From assembly GCF_006345805.1 (NCBI RefSeq), contig NC_043018.1, positions 28,830,001-28,894,000 of the forward strand: a DNA stretch of 64,000 nt. Direction: 5' to 3'. The notes beneath the pieces were generated by a model that saw only the letters and a list, made by a program, of their open reading frames with translations, was not told the DNA's origin and ran no database searches. A program made the position numbers and the translations under genes. Shown here piece after piece: positions 26,898-39,496 of this stretch (positions are counted from its first letter, which is position 1; every line of letters begins with the position of its first letter). Source of the DNA: Octopus sinensis (Eukaryota).

Positions 26898-28274
26898 ATG
26901 TATATACAACACACACACATATACACTCACGCACACACATATCCCAAGTTAATCAAGTTAAAAATAGAATATTAGAATATAAATGGATGAAGCTAAATGA
27001 GGTCTTGTCGTTATTAACTGCAGAAGAAATATTGAATGGAGATGAGGGGACACACAGACACTCACACAGACACACACACACATACACATGCACACACTTA
27101 CACGGAAAAGAATCGACTGAAATGTTCATAAGCTGATAACAATACACTTATAGAATTTCTGGAAAGAAACAATGCAGTTTCTAAGAAAAGTTGAAATTGA
27201 TGCTTGCAACCTTTTCCCAACTCCTTAATAATCACTCCTTAATAATCAGCAGATGAACGTTTCAGACCGCTCTCATGTGTATGTATATATATTATACTAG
27301 AATCAAAAATGCGGGCGTAGACCTAGAAAATTCTTAATTATTGAACCGGGAAAAGTACAGTACAAGCAGCAGTTATACCTAGAACTGTACTGGAGAAGAA
27401 GACAAAAAACAAAATATATCTACTGAATTTCGAATTTAAAAACTAAAATAGTAATAAATGCCCCTTTATATTTTCCTTAAAAGTCTAAAAATAAATACTC
27501 TAGAAGACTAATTGCCTGCAAGTTTACACAAAAATTTTGATATTAGAAACTTATATATTTAAAAAGTCACGTAATAGCAATTTAAGCAAAATTGACAAAT
27601 ACAACGCTTATATACTTTTAGAAAAGCTAAAGAAACATTTTTACATTTTGCATTCAAGTAATTCATTATCTTTCATTTTTTAAAATATTTTTCTAACAGT
27701 ATATAGAAATTACTTTGTTATATGATAATGCAAACTTTAAAGAAATGAACTCTTTTGATTTAAAAAAAAATTTTTTTACAATTTTTACTATTTTGAATTA
27801 CATATATTCTATATGTGGTTAATTTTATAATACGATATCTGTGATTTAAATTTTTCGTATAATGAGTTTTGTTAGGAAAATAAAATAAAAAAAAATCATA
27901 TGATACTACAAAGCAGAAAAGCTTTAGCTTAATACAAAGAAACTTTTGAATCAAAAATATTAAATTATATTTAAAAATTTACAAATTTTCAATAAAAAGC
28001 AAAAACTATCACAACGAAATAGTGCAAACACCATTTAGCAAATTCTAACTTTAGCAGCAAAATTATAAGTGTCCTTTACTGCTTATCTTGTACTTTTCCC
28101 AGCTTAATTACTGCCTTTTCTGTACTTTTTCAAGTTCAATACTTAAGAATATTTTAGGATTCTGCGCCTGCAGTTTTTATTCTAGACCCCCTTCTTTTCC
28201 AGGCAACGATCTATTAATATAATTAATTATATAATTAATTATATTTACCTTTGTAATTGAACTAATGATACTCT

Positions 28275-28400
28275 TTTACTTGTTTCAGTCATTTGACTGC
28301 GGCCATGCTGGAGCGCCACCGTTAGTCGAACGAATCGACCCCAGGACTTATTTTTTGTAAGCCTAGTTTCTTTTGCCGAACCGCTAGGTTATGTGGAGCG

Positions 28401-28439
<39 letters not shown>

Positions 28440-28660
28440 TGTATGTATGTATGAATGTATATATGAATGTGCGTGTATATGTATATATGTGTGGATGTAT
28501 GTATGTACACAGCAGGCTTCCACACAGTTGTTGTCTACCAAATTAACTCACGATGCATTCATCGACGCGGAAATATTGTTGAAGTCACTTGCTCAAGCTG
28601 CCGTGCAGTATAACTGAACACGAAGCCACCTGTTTGCAAAGCGAGTTTCTAAACCACGTA
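28275..28660 (-). mobile_element. SINE beta with internal (CA)/(TA) microsatellite
   Basis: Tail TTTTACTTGTTTCAGTCATTTGACTGCGGCCATGCTGGAGC plus degenerate head. Confidence 0.7.
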
Positions 28661-29354
28661 AGCCATGCTTTTCGGAATTAATAGAATCTGTCTTACCACA
28701 ATAAAATGTGATGCTTTATCTCTCTATTCATATTTAATGGATTCGCCCTCTCTGTTCAGAACGTGATACCTCCGGCGAGCTGTAGTAATTGTAAATCTAT
28801 TCTATATTTATCACAAGTTACCTTTTTAGAAGCAATTAATCATTTTTTAGTAATTATAAAGTGAAAAAATAAAAGAATACAAAATAGCAAGCATTACCCC
28901 TCCCTCTAATCGCGCACTACACTGCTCCACCACCAGTTCTTTACCTTCCCCCCAACACTAAATCTATTGTGAGCTGACACAATAGAATTGACAAAGCCGA
29001 GCAATTATTATTCAGAAACAATGTCCAGATTGTTCCATTAATTTTTCACGTCATATTTTTTCCTTCTCTCCATTTTTCAAACCGTCTCTCTTTTTCTCTG
29101 TTAACAAATTGTTTTTATCTTGTATAATGATTGGCAATAATCAGTGAAGATCGCCGCCGGCAGATGGCGCCACAATACATACTGGAGTGGTGGTGGGAGT
29201 GAAGTGATTATAGCATTTTTGTTGTTCTTATGAGCTTACTTTCGAATTTTTCTCTTTCAGTAATGCAGGCAGTAGGAGTAGAGAGGATTGGCGAATGGTG
29301 ACGTTGCTATATGAGAGTGGTACTTTTAGGCCTGTTGTATAAGACGGTATAGAT

Positions 29355-29770
29355 AAGACGGCGAGCTGGCAGAAACGTTAGCACGCCGGGCGAAATGCTT
29401 AGCGGTATTTCGTCTGCCGTTATGTTCTGAGTTCAAATTCCGCCGAGGTCGACTTTGCCTTTCATCCTTTCGGGGTCGATAAATTAAGTACCAGTTACGC
29501 ACTGGATCGATGTAATAGACTTAATACCTATGTATATCCTTGTTTGTCCCCTCTGTGTTTAGCCCCTTGTGGGTAATAAAAAAATAAGCATTTTGTATGC
29601 CGTTACGTTCTGAGTTCAAATTCCGCCGAGGTCGACTTTGCCTTTCATCCTTTCGGGGTCCATAAATTAAGTACCAGTTACGCACTGGAGTCGATGTAAT
29701 CGACTTAATAACTATGTCTGTCCTTGTTTGTTCCCTCTGTGTTTAGCCCCTTGTGGGTAATAAAGAAATA
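29355..29770 (+). mobile_element. SINE alpha, head plus two tandem 183-184 bp modules, Tx1-like tail
   Basis: Modules 29404-29586 and 29587-29770; TSD GGTATAGAT at 29346-29354 and 29771-29779. Confidence 0.9.
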
Positions 29771-31014
29771 GGTATAGATTAGGGGACTTGTAGTCGTGGT
29801 TGTGGGGCGGTAGTCTGATGAGCTGCTTCAGGTCGCACACATTCCAGGTACACCAGTGGTTTTCTTCTTATTTTGTAAAGTCTCATCTTACCCCTACACT
29901 GAATACTGGATCATTATATACTGCCGTGAAGTATCATAAACACACTTCCTTCTTCATTCAACACCCTCACCACAGCTACACTGTTCCATCCCATCAACTC
30001 CTCGCCAAATTCTTATATTTCAAATTCTGGAAACAAGAGCCAGGTATTATTTTCAATCCACAAGGAACTTTGATCCATTAAAAGATCACCATTTTTTCGC
30101 CACTTAAAGACCTATCACTCTTTCTGTAGCTATCTTTTGACAAGGTTTTCACCCTAAAATTCATCCACAGAGCTTTTTCATTTGAACACAACTAATGTAT
30201 GATTTTATTTTACAATAGCTGAAATATTTCGATTCAAAGTCACTTTCGAGGGTTACATAGCAATTTTTTGTCCCTCACATCCATACTAGTTTTTACTTAC
30301 AAGTTAAATTTTAACGAGTTTTCGCCAAAAGAACCTTCTCAATGAGCACATTCTTTTAAACCGAAATAATCAATACTTTTAGTGGTTGTATACTGTCAAC
30401 TCAATGTGACAGTCCCGTAAGGGAATTACACCACCGCCATTTAGCCCTAGGAAACATCGACGTTTCCTGTCGGTTTTGACACATTTTCTGTGTCCTTATA
30501 TTTGCAAAGGGGAGGCAATCACCCCCGCCAGCTGGGACAGGCATCTGAAGACATGTGTTTCTGAGTGTATTGCTCGTCGTCAGTCTCGCTCGCTGAGATG
30601 TCTGCAACCACTTCGCAATAATATTTAATATTTCTAATCAATACTTTTGTTTTAGAATAACTGAGATATTTTGATCCAAAATCAGTTTTTCGCCTTATTC
30701 TCTCGTTTTAGCCACACATATTTTGACCTAACATTTTGTACTCAACTAATCACATAAATTCTATAAAACATTAATCTTTTCCTATATTTAAGAGATGAGG
30801 GATTATGTACATTATTTACATTATTTACATTTGAAGTATATTTGCCCTCAACTTGTTTGTTGTTGACATAACGTTTCGGCTGATATACCCCTCCCTCTGA
30901 TCGCGCACTACTCTGCTCCACCATATGCTGAGCTGACATATGGCGTAGTGATTAAGAGCGCGGGCTACTAACCTCAAGATTCCGAGTTAGATTCCAAGCA
31001 GTGACCTGAATAAA

Positions 31015-31056
<42 letters not shown>

Positions 31057-31060
<4 letters not shown>

Positions 31061-31460
31061 GGCTGTGTGGTAAGTAGCTTGCTAACCAACCACATGGTTC
31101 CGGGTTCAGTCCCACTGCGTGGCATCTTGGGCAAGTGTCTTCTGCTATAGCCCCGGGCCGACCAATGCCTTGTCAGTGGATTTGGTAGACGGAAAATGAA
31201 AGAAGCCTGTCGTATATATGTATATATATATGTGTGTATGTGTGTGTTTGTGTATCTGTGTTTGTCCCCCTAGCATTGCTTGACAACCGATGCTGGTGTG
31301 TTTACGTCCCCGTCACTTAGCGGTTCGGCAAAAGAGACCGATAGAATAAGTACTGGGCTTACAAAGAATAAGTCCCGGGGTCGATTTGCTCGACTAAAGG
31401 CGGTGCTCCAGCATGGCCGCAGTCAAAATGACTGAAACAAGTAATAGAGTAATAGAGAGA
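31057..31460 (+). mobile_element. SINE beta, near full-length
   Basis: GAGTGGCTGTGTGGTAAG...GGGTTCAGTCCC head, internal (TA)/(TG), tail CAGCATGGCCGCAGTCAAAATGACTGAAACAAG. Confidence 0.85.
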
Positions 31461-31468
31461 GTAATAGA

Positions 31469-31509
<41 letters not shown>

Positions 31510-31558
31510 CATCGAAAAATACCTTAGGAATGAGAACCCAGGTTCGAACTTTCCCCAA

Positions 31559-31603
31559 GACACCTGATGAAGGCTGAGGGTATATCAGTCGAAACGTTGT
31601 GTT
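31559..31603 (+). ncRNA. Penelope-type minimal (type I) hammerhead ribozyme motif
   Basis: Stem I GACAC/GUGUU, CUGAUGA+A, stem II GGCUGA/UCAGUC, GAAAC-GUU with palindromic ACGU stem III; partial minus-strand relative near 30830-30890. Confidence 0.6.
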
Positions 31604-31896
31604 AACAACGAACAAGATGAGGACAAATATCCATCAAATGTAAATAATGTAATTAACCTTTTTAACGAGGAATAAAGCCATATCTTATTGGGGAGAAGAA
31701 AACAGTGAGAAATTTGTTACAATTCCAAAGACGTAGATGTTTGATTTAACTTTAGCGTATGATATGGCTTTAATAATCGATTGTGTTAAGGAATTGATTG
31801 GTTTTAATAATGGATTATATTTAACTATGGATTGGTTCTTGTGTAGGTTGCCTTTAAATCGTAGATTGGTTATTAATGTGGAATATTCTTTTCTTA

Positions 31897-32105
31897 TTTT
31901 GGCACAAGGCCAGCACACTTTCAGGGCTGGGGAAGTCGATTACATCGATCCCCTAGTACGTACTCGACAGGTGCTTATTTTATCGACCCCAGAAGGATGA
32001 AAGGTAAATTCGACCTCAGCGGAATTTGAACTCGAAGCGTAAAGGCACACAAATGGTGCTAAACATTCTTTTCCCGGCGTGCAAACGATTATGCCGGGTC
32101 ACCAC
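31897..32105 (-). mobile_element. SINE alpha
   Basis: Reverse-complement core ATCGACCCC.GAAGGATGAAAGG...GGAATTTGAACTC. Confidence 0.7.
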
Positions 32106-33059
32106 CTGATAAATATGGGAATACTGACAAGGCAGATATGTACAGTTATATTTAACCAGCATCTCTCATCCCCTGCTGCTCGACGGAAGCTGCGAACGTA
32201 TTGAATTGGCTTTCGTGTGAGTAAAGGTATGGTTAAGTGCATTTGGGGTTAGGTTAGCAACGTACTTCTCGAAACATCTCAGACACAGTAAAGGTGGTTA
32301 AGTTACTCTCTCTGTAATATCTTACACAAACGACGGAAAAGCCTATGCAAAGTAGTGACATGGTACTTCTGACCAATAACTTTTTTGCTCAATTTTCCCA
32401 TTAAATGAGTTCTTTCCGCTTGATCTTTAACAAAACCCAAACAAAAAAAAAAACTCAATAGTATATGATTTATCATAGGATATATTTTTAGATTTACCTT
32501 TGAATCTACAGTAAGATATAATAGCTTATAATATATCTCGCTAAAATACTTTGTTCCTATCAAACTCCAAATATAGAGATTCCTCTAATATTTTTCTCCC
32601 ACTTTTTTTTTATATATATTTAATTCATATCGAAGCTCTGATTATTTCTTTCAAGTTAACTACCATTCTTGTTCTTCTCCATAAACTCTCATTCATTGAT
32701 TATTCCATCCACATCGGTACTTTTCACAGAACGGACCTTAAGAAGAAGAAGAAACACATCGAAATCTCTTCACGTGACTTAATCGATAATCGTCATTGAA
32801 AAGCAACTCTTTCTGCTTTGCTTAAATATATTTTTCCACTTCAGGTCGTCTGTATTAGACGGTTAGATCTGCTTTGCTGGGTTTCGACTTCAATTTGTGG
32901 TGCGTTTGTGTGAATAAGTCTGGTTATGGAAGAGGAGACAGGTTGTGGAGGAGGAAGAGGAGGCCACAAAAAGAAGTAGAAGAAAGAGAAAAAGAAGAGT
33001 GGAAGAAGTGAAGAAGTGGAAGAATAGTAGTGAAGCGATTGATTTCTCTTTGATAAGAT

Positions 33060-33168
33060 ACATATACACACACACTAGTACACAACACACACATATACAA
33101 ACATACACATATACATGTATATATATGAATGTATGTATATATATATGATTGTATATATATATATATGC

Positions 33169-33200
<32 letters not shown>

Positions 33201-33295
33201 ATATATATGCATATATATATATGTATGTATATATATATATATGCATATATATGTTATATATATATATATATGCATATATATGTATATATATATTG

Positions 33296-33326
<31 letters not shown>

Positions 33327-33475
33327 GTATTATATATATATATATATATTATATATATATATATATATGTATATTCATATATTTGTACATAGGTATATAC
33401 ATACATATATACAGGTAAATATATAAATATATATATATATATATGTATGTATATATATATATGTCTATATATATG

Positions 33476-33532
<57 letters not shown>

Positions 33533-33545
33533 CATACATACATAC
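33060..33545. repeat. Compound (TA)/(TATG)/(TC) microsatellite
   Basis: Directly visible. Confidence 0.9.
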
Positions 33546-34306
33546 ACAGTTGTACTCATACACTTACGAGATCAGAAACGAAGTAGGATACTCTTACAAA
33601 AGAAAATACTTGATAAGTTTACGTCTAATTACGTCTGCAATTCACTTTGGATTGTCTCTGGTTATAACCGCTTCAGAATATTTGCTTTTCATACAATGCT
33701 TCTCAAATAAACACCACCACCACCACCACCACCACCACCACACATCCAGCTTCATACAGAAACGCACGCACGCGCGCGCACATACACACACGCACACAAA
33801 TACTTACACCCACATATGCACGTTAGAATTACCAATTTCCAATTCCATCCTTATTATATATCTTGAAGTCTCACACCTAATTACAATGCCATTAATTAAT
33901 GATTTTCTTCTTGTTTAAGTTGAGAGTTCGTTTTCAATATATATATATTTTTTTGTCTTTTGCTCTACAGCTTCTCTTCAAACTTATTTAAAAATTAAAA
34001 ATCAATAGGATCTTCACTGACGTATTCAAATAGAGTCATTAACAGTTCAAGTTAATTAAAAACGGAGACTTCTTGAACATTTTAGATATTCTCTTATGAA
34101 AAAGTCTCTTAACATTTAATGGTTTGTTGGTTCATCAAATGAAAATTTCTCTGGAATGGTCTCTTAGGAATCTCCCAAAATCTTTTGCCGCATAATGAAA
34201 GCATAGAAGGAATGTGTTTACATTTAAAAAATTTCTATCATAGCTAGAGCTTTTTAATGCTTAAGTTTATTTCCCTTTTAGTCCTCATACACGCACACAC
34301 ACACAC

Positions 34307-34614
34307 ATGCCCTCCGTCGTCAACCAGGAGAATTCATCTATGAAGCAATTGCCCCAGCTCCCCTTCAGGGTTGGCGAAAGCGATGTGGTGGACAACGAAA
34401 AAACCTGGCTGATGACGGTCGAGGCTGATCTGGAACCCAACCTAGGCAACCCCTGTCTACGGTATTCGCCACTGGAATAGGGAGTGGTTGGAGATCGCAC
34501 GGTCGTTAGCCTCAAATCGCCAGGCCTGGTCGGCGTTTGTGAGAGATGCAGCATTGACGATGAATGAAGCCAGCTCAACCCACCCCGGGTAAATGCTGTC
34601 TCAAGTCAAGTCAA
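34307..34614 (+). pseudogene. 3' end of an RTE-clade LINE
   Basis: Joined frames give QGWRKRCGGQRK-TWLMTVEADL...WLEIARSLASNRQAWSAFVRDA...PG*; ends in (CAAGT)n; flanked by (CA)n. Confidence 0.7.
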
Positions 34615-34666
<52 letters not shown>

Positions 34667-35601
34667 CAGTTCGTTTTTCACGGTTGAACTAGAACTAGAC
34701 AAAACTATATATAATAGCCTGTAGATATTGGGTAAAAAAGAAACCTTTTGGTTAAAAAACGCCCAAGGCTGCCCGTAGTAATCGAATCTATATCTTTCCG
34801 ATTCATTTCGCGTATCTCGATGCTTGTAAAATAATGGCGTCAATAACATACAATTGTTGCTGGTAAAGATAAAGTTTGTAAAATGTAGACAAACTTTCAG
34901 CAAAATTTCCTTGGTCCAGTAGTAAAACACTTGTCACTTTTGCTGAAGACCCAGTTTCGCGCCCCATTGACACTATTCGACTTTTACTATCCAAAGACAT
35001 TTTTTTACACTGTATCATTCATATCTTTATATCAAATTCAACCGTTTAAAAACTAATTATTTTACATATATCGATGTTTCTGAATTGATTTGACGTAAAC
35101 AATACATATGTAATTGAAACTTTTTTAAAATTAAGACTTATTTATGAAAATCCTTCAAAGACATTAACACAGAACTCATGGAAGACATCGAGATGATTGT
35201 TGTATGTAAGCGCTTTCAGCTATCTTCACACTTTCAAACATGCATTATAAGCGAATGTTCTATGTTGTTACTCTTATAGTAGCGCTTTCTTTGTATTTCT
35301 GGCTTAGTTTTCAACTAAAAATCCTTTAAAAATTATTCTTTTTTTAGGTATATGTTTTATTATTTTTTTCAGATATGGCCAATGTTTCAAAAACTCTTCT
35401 TATATACAAACATATGTGAACGTGAATATTTTTAAAATTTAGATTATTAAAATTTGTAGAATGCAAATTTGCCTAACAAAAAAAAACAATTCTTCGATTA
35501 TGATTTTAAAATGACACAGCATGACACGCGCGTTAGTAATAATAGTCGTATACTACCAGAGATATTAATTCTAAAAGAAGAATTGTTAATATTCGACAAT
35601 G

Positions 35602-35902
35602 GTTGTTCCTTCTCGAGCCATGCCTGGTTCATAAGGGCCGGTTTCCCGGTTTCTTGGCGTAAAGGCTCCCCACCTGGACGGGACGCCGGTCCGTCGCAGG
35701 TGAGCTTCAAGATGCAGGAGGAAAGTGTGAGAGAAAGTTGTGGCGAAAGAGTCAGCAGAGGTTTCGCCATTACCTTCTGCCGGAGCTGCGTGGAGCTTAG
35801 GTGTTTCGCTCATAAACACACATATCACCCGGTCTGAGATTCGAACCCGCGATCCCTCGACCGCGAGTCCGCTGCTCTAACCACTAGGCCATGTGCATCC
35901 AC
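35602..35902 (-). mobile_element. SINE gamma with 14-bp TSD
   Basis: AATATTCGACAATG at 35588-35601 and 35903-35916; tRNA-like head. Confidence 0.88.
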
Positions 35903-36499
35903 AATATTCGACAATGTAAAAACTGAGGCTCTAGAAGTTAAACATAAGTAGAAATCTTGTTAATTTAGTAGAACCTGAGTTTTATCATTGACAACAAAGA
36001 GTTGTTTATCCACACCCATGTTATTAAGTACTTGTTGAACTTGTTGTTCAAATACGACACTAACATATATATTCATATTCAGGCATACATGAATGTATAC
36101 AAACATAGAACACACACATATAAAATATATGTAAGTGAGCAGGTGTTCCACAAAACCAATGTGCTTTTTACCCTTCTATTTGAAACATGATGCCTGAAAA
36201 CCAACCTAGATGCACAGTATATCAGCTTTTGAGAGCAGATACCTCCGGAAAAAAAACTAGATATTAAATGAAATTACTTTATTGACAACGAGGAGTTCAG
36301 AAGAGCAGACCAACGTCTAGTATCCATCGTCATCTACAATCACCGACAATGTTGGCAGGGACAAGTTGTAAGAATCTAGACGAACAGACTCGCTAATGTC
36401 TACAGCAGGTAAATTGCCTCAAATCACACGCTACCGTGAAGGATTTAAGGCGATTTTATGAAATTCAGATATGAAATAGAAGTAGCCCTTTGTAATAAA

Positions 36500-36705
36500 C
36501 ATTATCAACCACAACCGCATCTACTTAACGTATACTCCGTGTGTATATGCCGGTAGACCGCAATAAGGCGCGGTGGAGAAGACTCTCTCAAAGCGCCGCG
36601 TGTTAAAACACTCGACGCTTTGAGGGAGTTTACTCCACCACGCCACAACGCAGCCTACCGACTAATGCATGTCGAATTTCCATTAAGCATATGTGGTTGA
36701 TAATG
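36500..36705. mobile_element. Fold-back/MITE-like palindrome
   Basis: 14-bp perfect outer IR CATTATCAACCACA/TGTGGTTGATAATG; inner 28-bp IR (24/28) at 36568-36595 and 36616-36643. Confidence 0.65.
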
Positions 36706-37746
36706 ATTTTACGAAAGTTTCATTGATTTCCTTTTAACAATATTCGTTGAGTTGGTGTCTTATGTAGTGGGTTGTATCTGTGTATCATGAGTGGTGGCCG
36801 TTATTTTTTTGTTTTTTGTTTTATTCGTATGAAACGGACGAAGGTATTTTCAGTTGCGAAAATCTTGGGTTGACCTTTACAAAAAGGAGGGCGCATTGAC
36901 TAAAGTGATCCTAATATATCGAGAAAAAGAAAAGGATTGTCTCGGTTGGAACTGCTTTGGTCATAGCTCTTCTCAATCAGGGCTGATCTAGAGTAAACAA
37001 CAGCGTTAGCAACAGTAATATATATGTATTAATATGAACTGACAGTTTCCCGAAAGTTTGTTGGCGTTTCAGAAATATGATATGTTCCGTGTTAGAGGTT
37101 AGAGAGGTTAGTACGTTCTAAGTGTATGGAATGCTGTATTGGAAGTAGGTTGTTATGTAGTTCAGATGTACATTGATACAGCAAGAATGAAAGAAAACGG
37201 TGAAACACAAGAACGAAAACAACAACTACAACAACAACAGCAGCAGCACTAATAATGCAAATAATATCATAACAGAAAAAAAATAACGTGAAGCAAGAGA
37301 TTAAAACAAACAGAGAAATTGACAGAAGAAATGGAAGAAACAATGAAACAATAGAAAATAATAGTTCAGTCTTTCAAGAACATTGATAAATAAATGAAGT
37401 ATTATGTTACTTCTCGTGCTCCATAGCAAAAATCTCCGTACACTGAACAACATGGCTTCTTAAAATTTTTCAAGACGTCACGTTACATTGTTTCTCCTTG
37501 TAACGCCATCCTGAGAAGAAACTTTTGTCTCTAACCTAACGTTAAATATACATGAACACGAAGTGAAATTGATAATTGTTCAACCTTGTTAATACCCATC
37601 TGGGTCAGTCTAACAATCGTTCAGACCACATACGGACCATCACAAGAATCACCGTATTTACTCGCGTAGAAGTCAAACCCCATTTTATACTTGTTTTTAA
37701 CCGGAAAATACTGCAGAACGAAGGGTAGAATTGTAGCGGTAAGACT

Positions 37747-37794
37747 GAATCGTTAGCGCGCCGGGCGAAATGCTTAGCGGTATTTCGACTGCCG
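37747..37794 (+). mobile_element. 5' part of the host SINE alpha interrupted by the LINE
   Basis: GAATCGTTAGCGCGCCGGGCGAAATGCTTAGCGGTATTTCGACTGCCG; preceded by TSD GGTAAGACT at 37738-37746. Confidence 0.9.
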
Positions 37795-37958
37795 CACATG
37801 TGTTCGTGAAGTAAGAATTGCTGTTTCGTGGTGTTAATATTGTTAACAACTGTTGTTTCTTGTTAAACTGTTGAATAACTTAACTGTTGGAGTTTTCAAT
37901 TGAAAACACTTAGTGCTTGTGGTAGCACGCGTTGTTCATTCCCCCTTTGGGGGGAAGA

Positions 37959-39488
37959 ATGTCGTCTAGTATGGAGCCTACCGTTGGAGCAGAAATACTT
38001 GTTTCTCCTGTTGAGAGGAGGAAATACATGTCCGGCGAGGAGCCAACTACAGACAAGGAAATAGGGGTTTCCCCCGCTACAAGAAGGAATAGCAGAGAGG
38101 ATAATATATTTGATATTTTTGGAGATGTGTCTGAGAGCTCGTCAGAACTTTCACCAGAAGAGTTTCCGACTTTGCCAGAGAACAAAGGCATTGTGTCGAA
38201 GAGAATAATTGATGTGCCTAGCATCCAGATAGAACCAAAAAATGGAAAAAAAAGTTTTGCGTTGGCTGCTGGGGGTGGAACCCAGATACTGTCGACGAAT
38301 AAAAGCGAAATTATGAAATACAGCAAAATGATGGAAATAAATGACAACAGTGTGAAAATTGAACCTCTGCAAAAGTTATTACAGGAAGAAAAGCAAAAAA
38401 CAATAATTTTCAAAACATATTGTCTACAAAATAGAAAAATTGAAAGAATGTCAGAAGAGAAAATAGAAAAGTGCTTAAAGCCAATATTGGGCGACGTAGT
38501 ATTTCTGAGAAGAGGAAAAAAATTCGGAACGGTGGAAGTAAGGTTCACCAATAAAGAAATAGCACACAAGAACTCAGTGGAAACGTTGAAAACGAACGAC
38601 GTGGAGTTAATACCCTATTATATGGGGATGAGGACGTCGCGAATAAAAATTACAAGGGTCCCGCCAGAGGTCGAACCTATGTGGTTGTTGGCGGCAGTCC
38701 TAATCAAAGAGGTAGAAAAAATTACTCTCCTCCAGGCTACCGCTACGGAAAACCCACGCTGGGATGGTAAAACAATTAATCTTCTCATTCAAGCGGACCC
38801 TAAAATAATTCAAACAATTCCTGAGACAATTGAGGTAGGGGAGGAGAACCTCGTGGTGTTTGTTGAGGGCCGAAAACCTCGATGTTTTTTATGTGGTCAA
38901 TTAGGCCACATTCGAAGGAACTGCAAGGAAAATGAAGAAGAGGAGGAAGAGGAGAAAAAAGACAAAGAGGAAGAAGATAAAGAAGAAACAGATGAGAAAA
39001 AAACAACAAACAAAAGAAAAATACAACCAGCAACCCAGCCGAGAGCGGCGACTACTACAGAACAACGACCAAAAAAGACTGCCAGAAGAGAAAAAGAAGA
39101 AAAAGGCATAATAGCCGTATACACTAAAGATACTGAGCTCATGAGAGACATTCAACTCATAAAGACTGTAAAAAAAAATTGATAACCTTTCAGAGGAATT
39201 TATCAATTACGACATATATGAAGTCTCAAATAAGACTTATAGAATTCTACAAAATAAGTACAGAAAGACTGTATCTTCATTGAGATTAGATTTTAACAAG
39301 TCGATATTTCATGGATTACCAGCTCCGATCCCGCGAGAAAAGGAAAAGGTGGAGATTCCCCCTCCACCTGATAATTCTGTGTCGGTGGTGAGACGGGATT
39401 TTGACAAATCTATTTCCCAAGACCGTCCACCTCCGACCCTGGATAAAAAAAGGTGGAGGGTCCCCCTCCACCGGACAATCCTAATTAA
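37959..39488 (+). CDS. Family 2 ORF1 (CCHC zinc knuckle, acidic tract), broken by homopolymer indels
   Basis: First ATG at 37959; VEGRKPRCFLCGQLGHIRRNC; the frame is restored by -1 A in the A-run at 39170-39178 and +1 A near 39445-39451, then ends ...VEGPPPPDNPN* at 39488. Confidence 0.85.
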
Positions 39489-39496
39489 ACAGGTAA

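Noticed and set aside
30935-31012. tRNA gene candidates (also the heads of SINE gamma and beta)
   Set aside because: Acceptor and T stems do not close; they are SINE heads or fragments.
32820-32880. Possible host exon after TTTTTCCACTTCAG
   Set aside because: Acceptor-like signal only; no coding evidence or partner exons.
37910-38569. 219-aa antisense ORF; likewise 17097-17747 (216 aa)
   Set aside because: Shadow frames of A-rich ORF1 sequence; no independent motif evidence.
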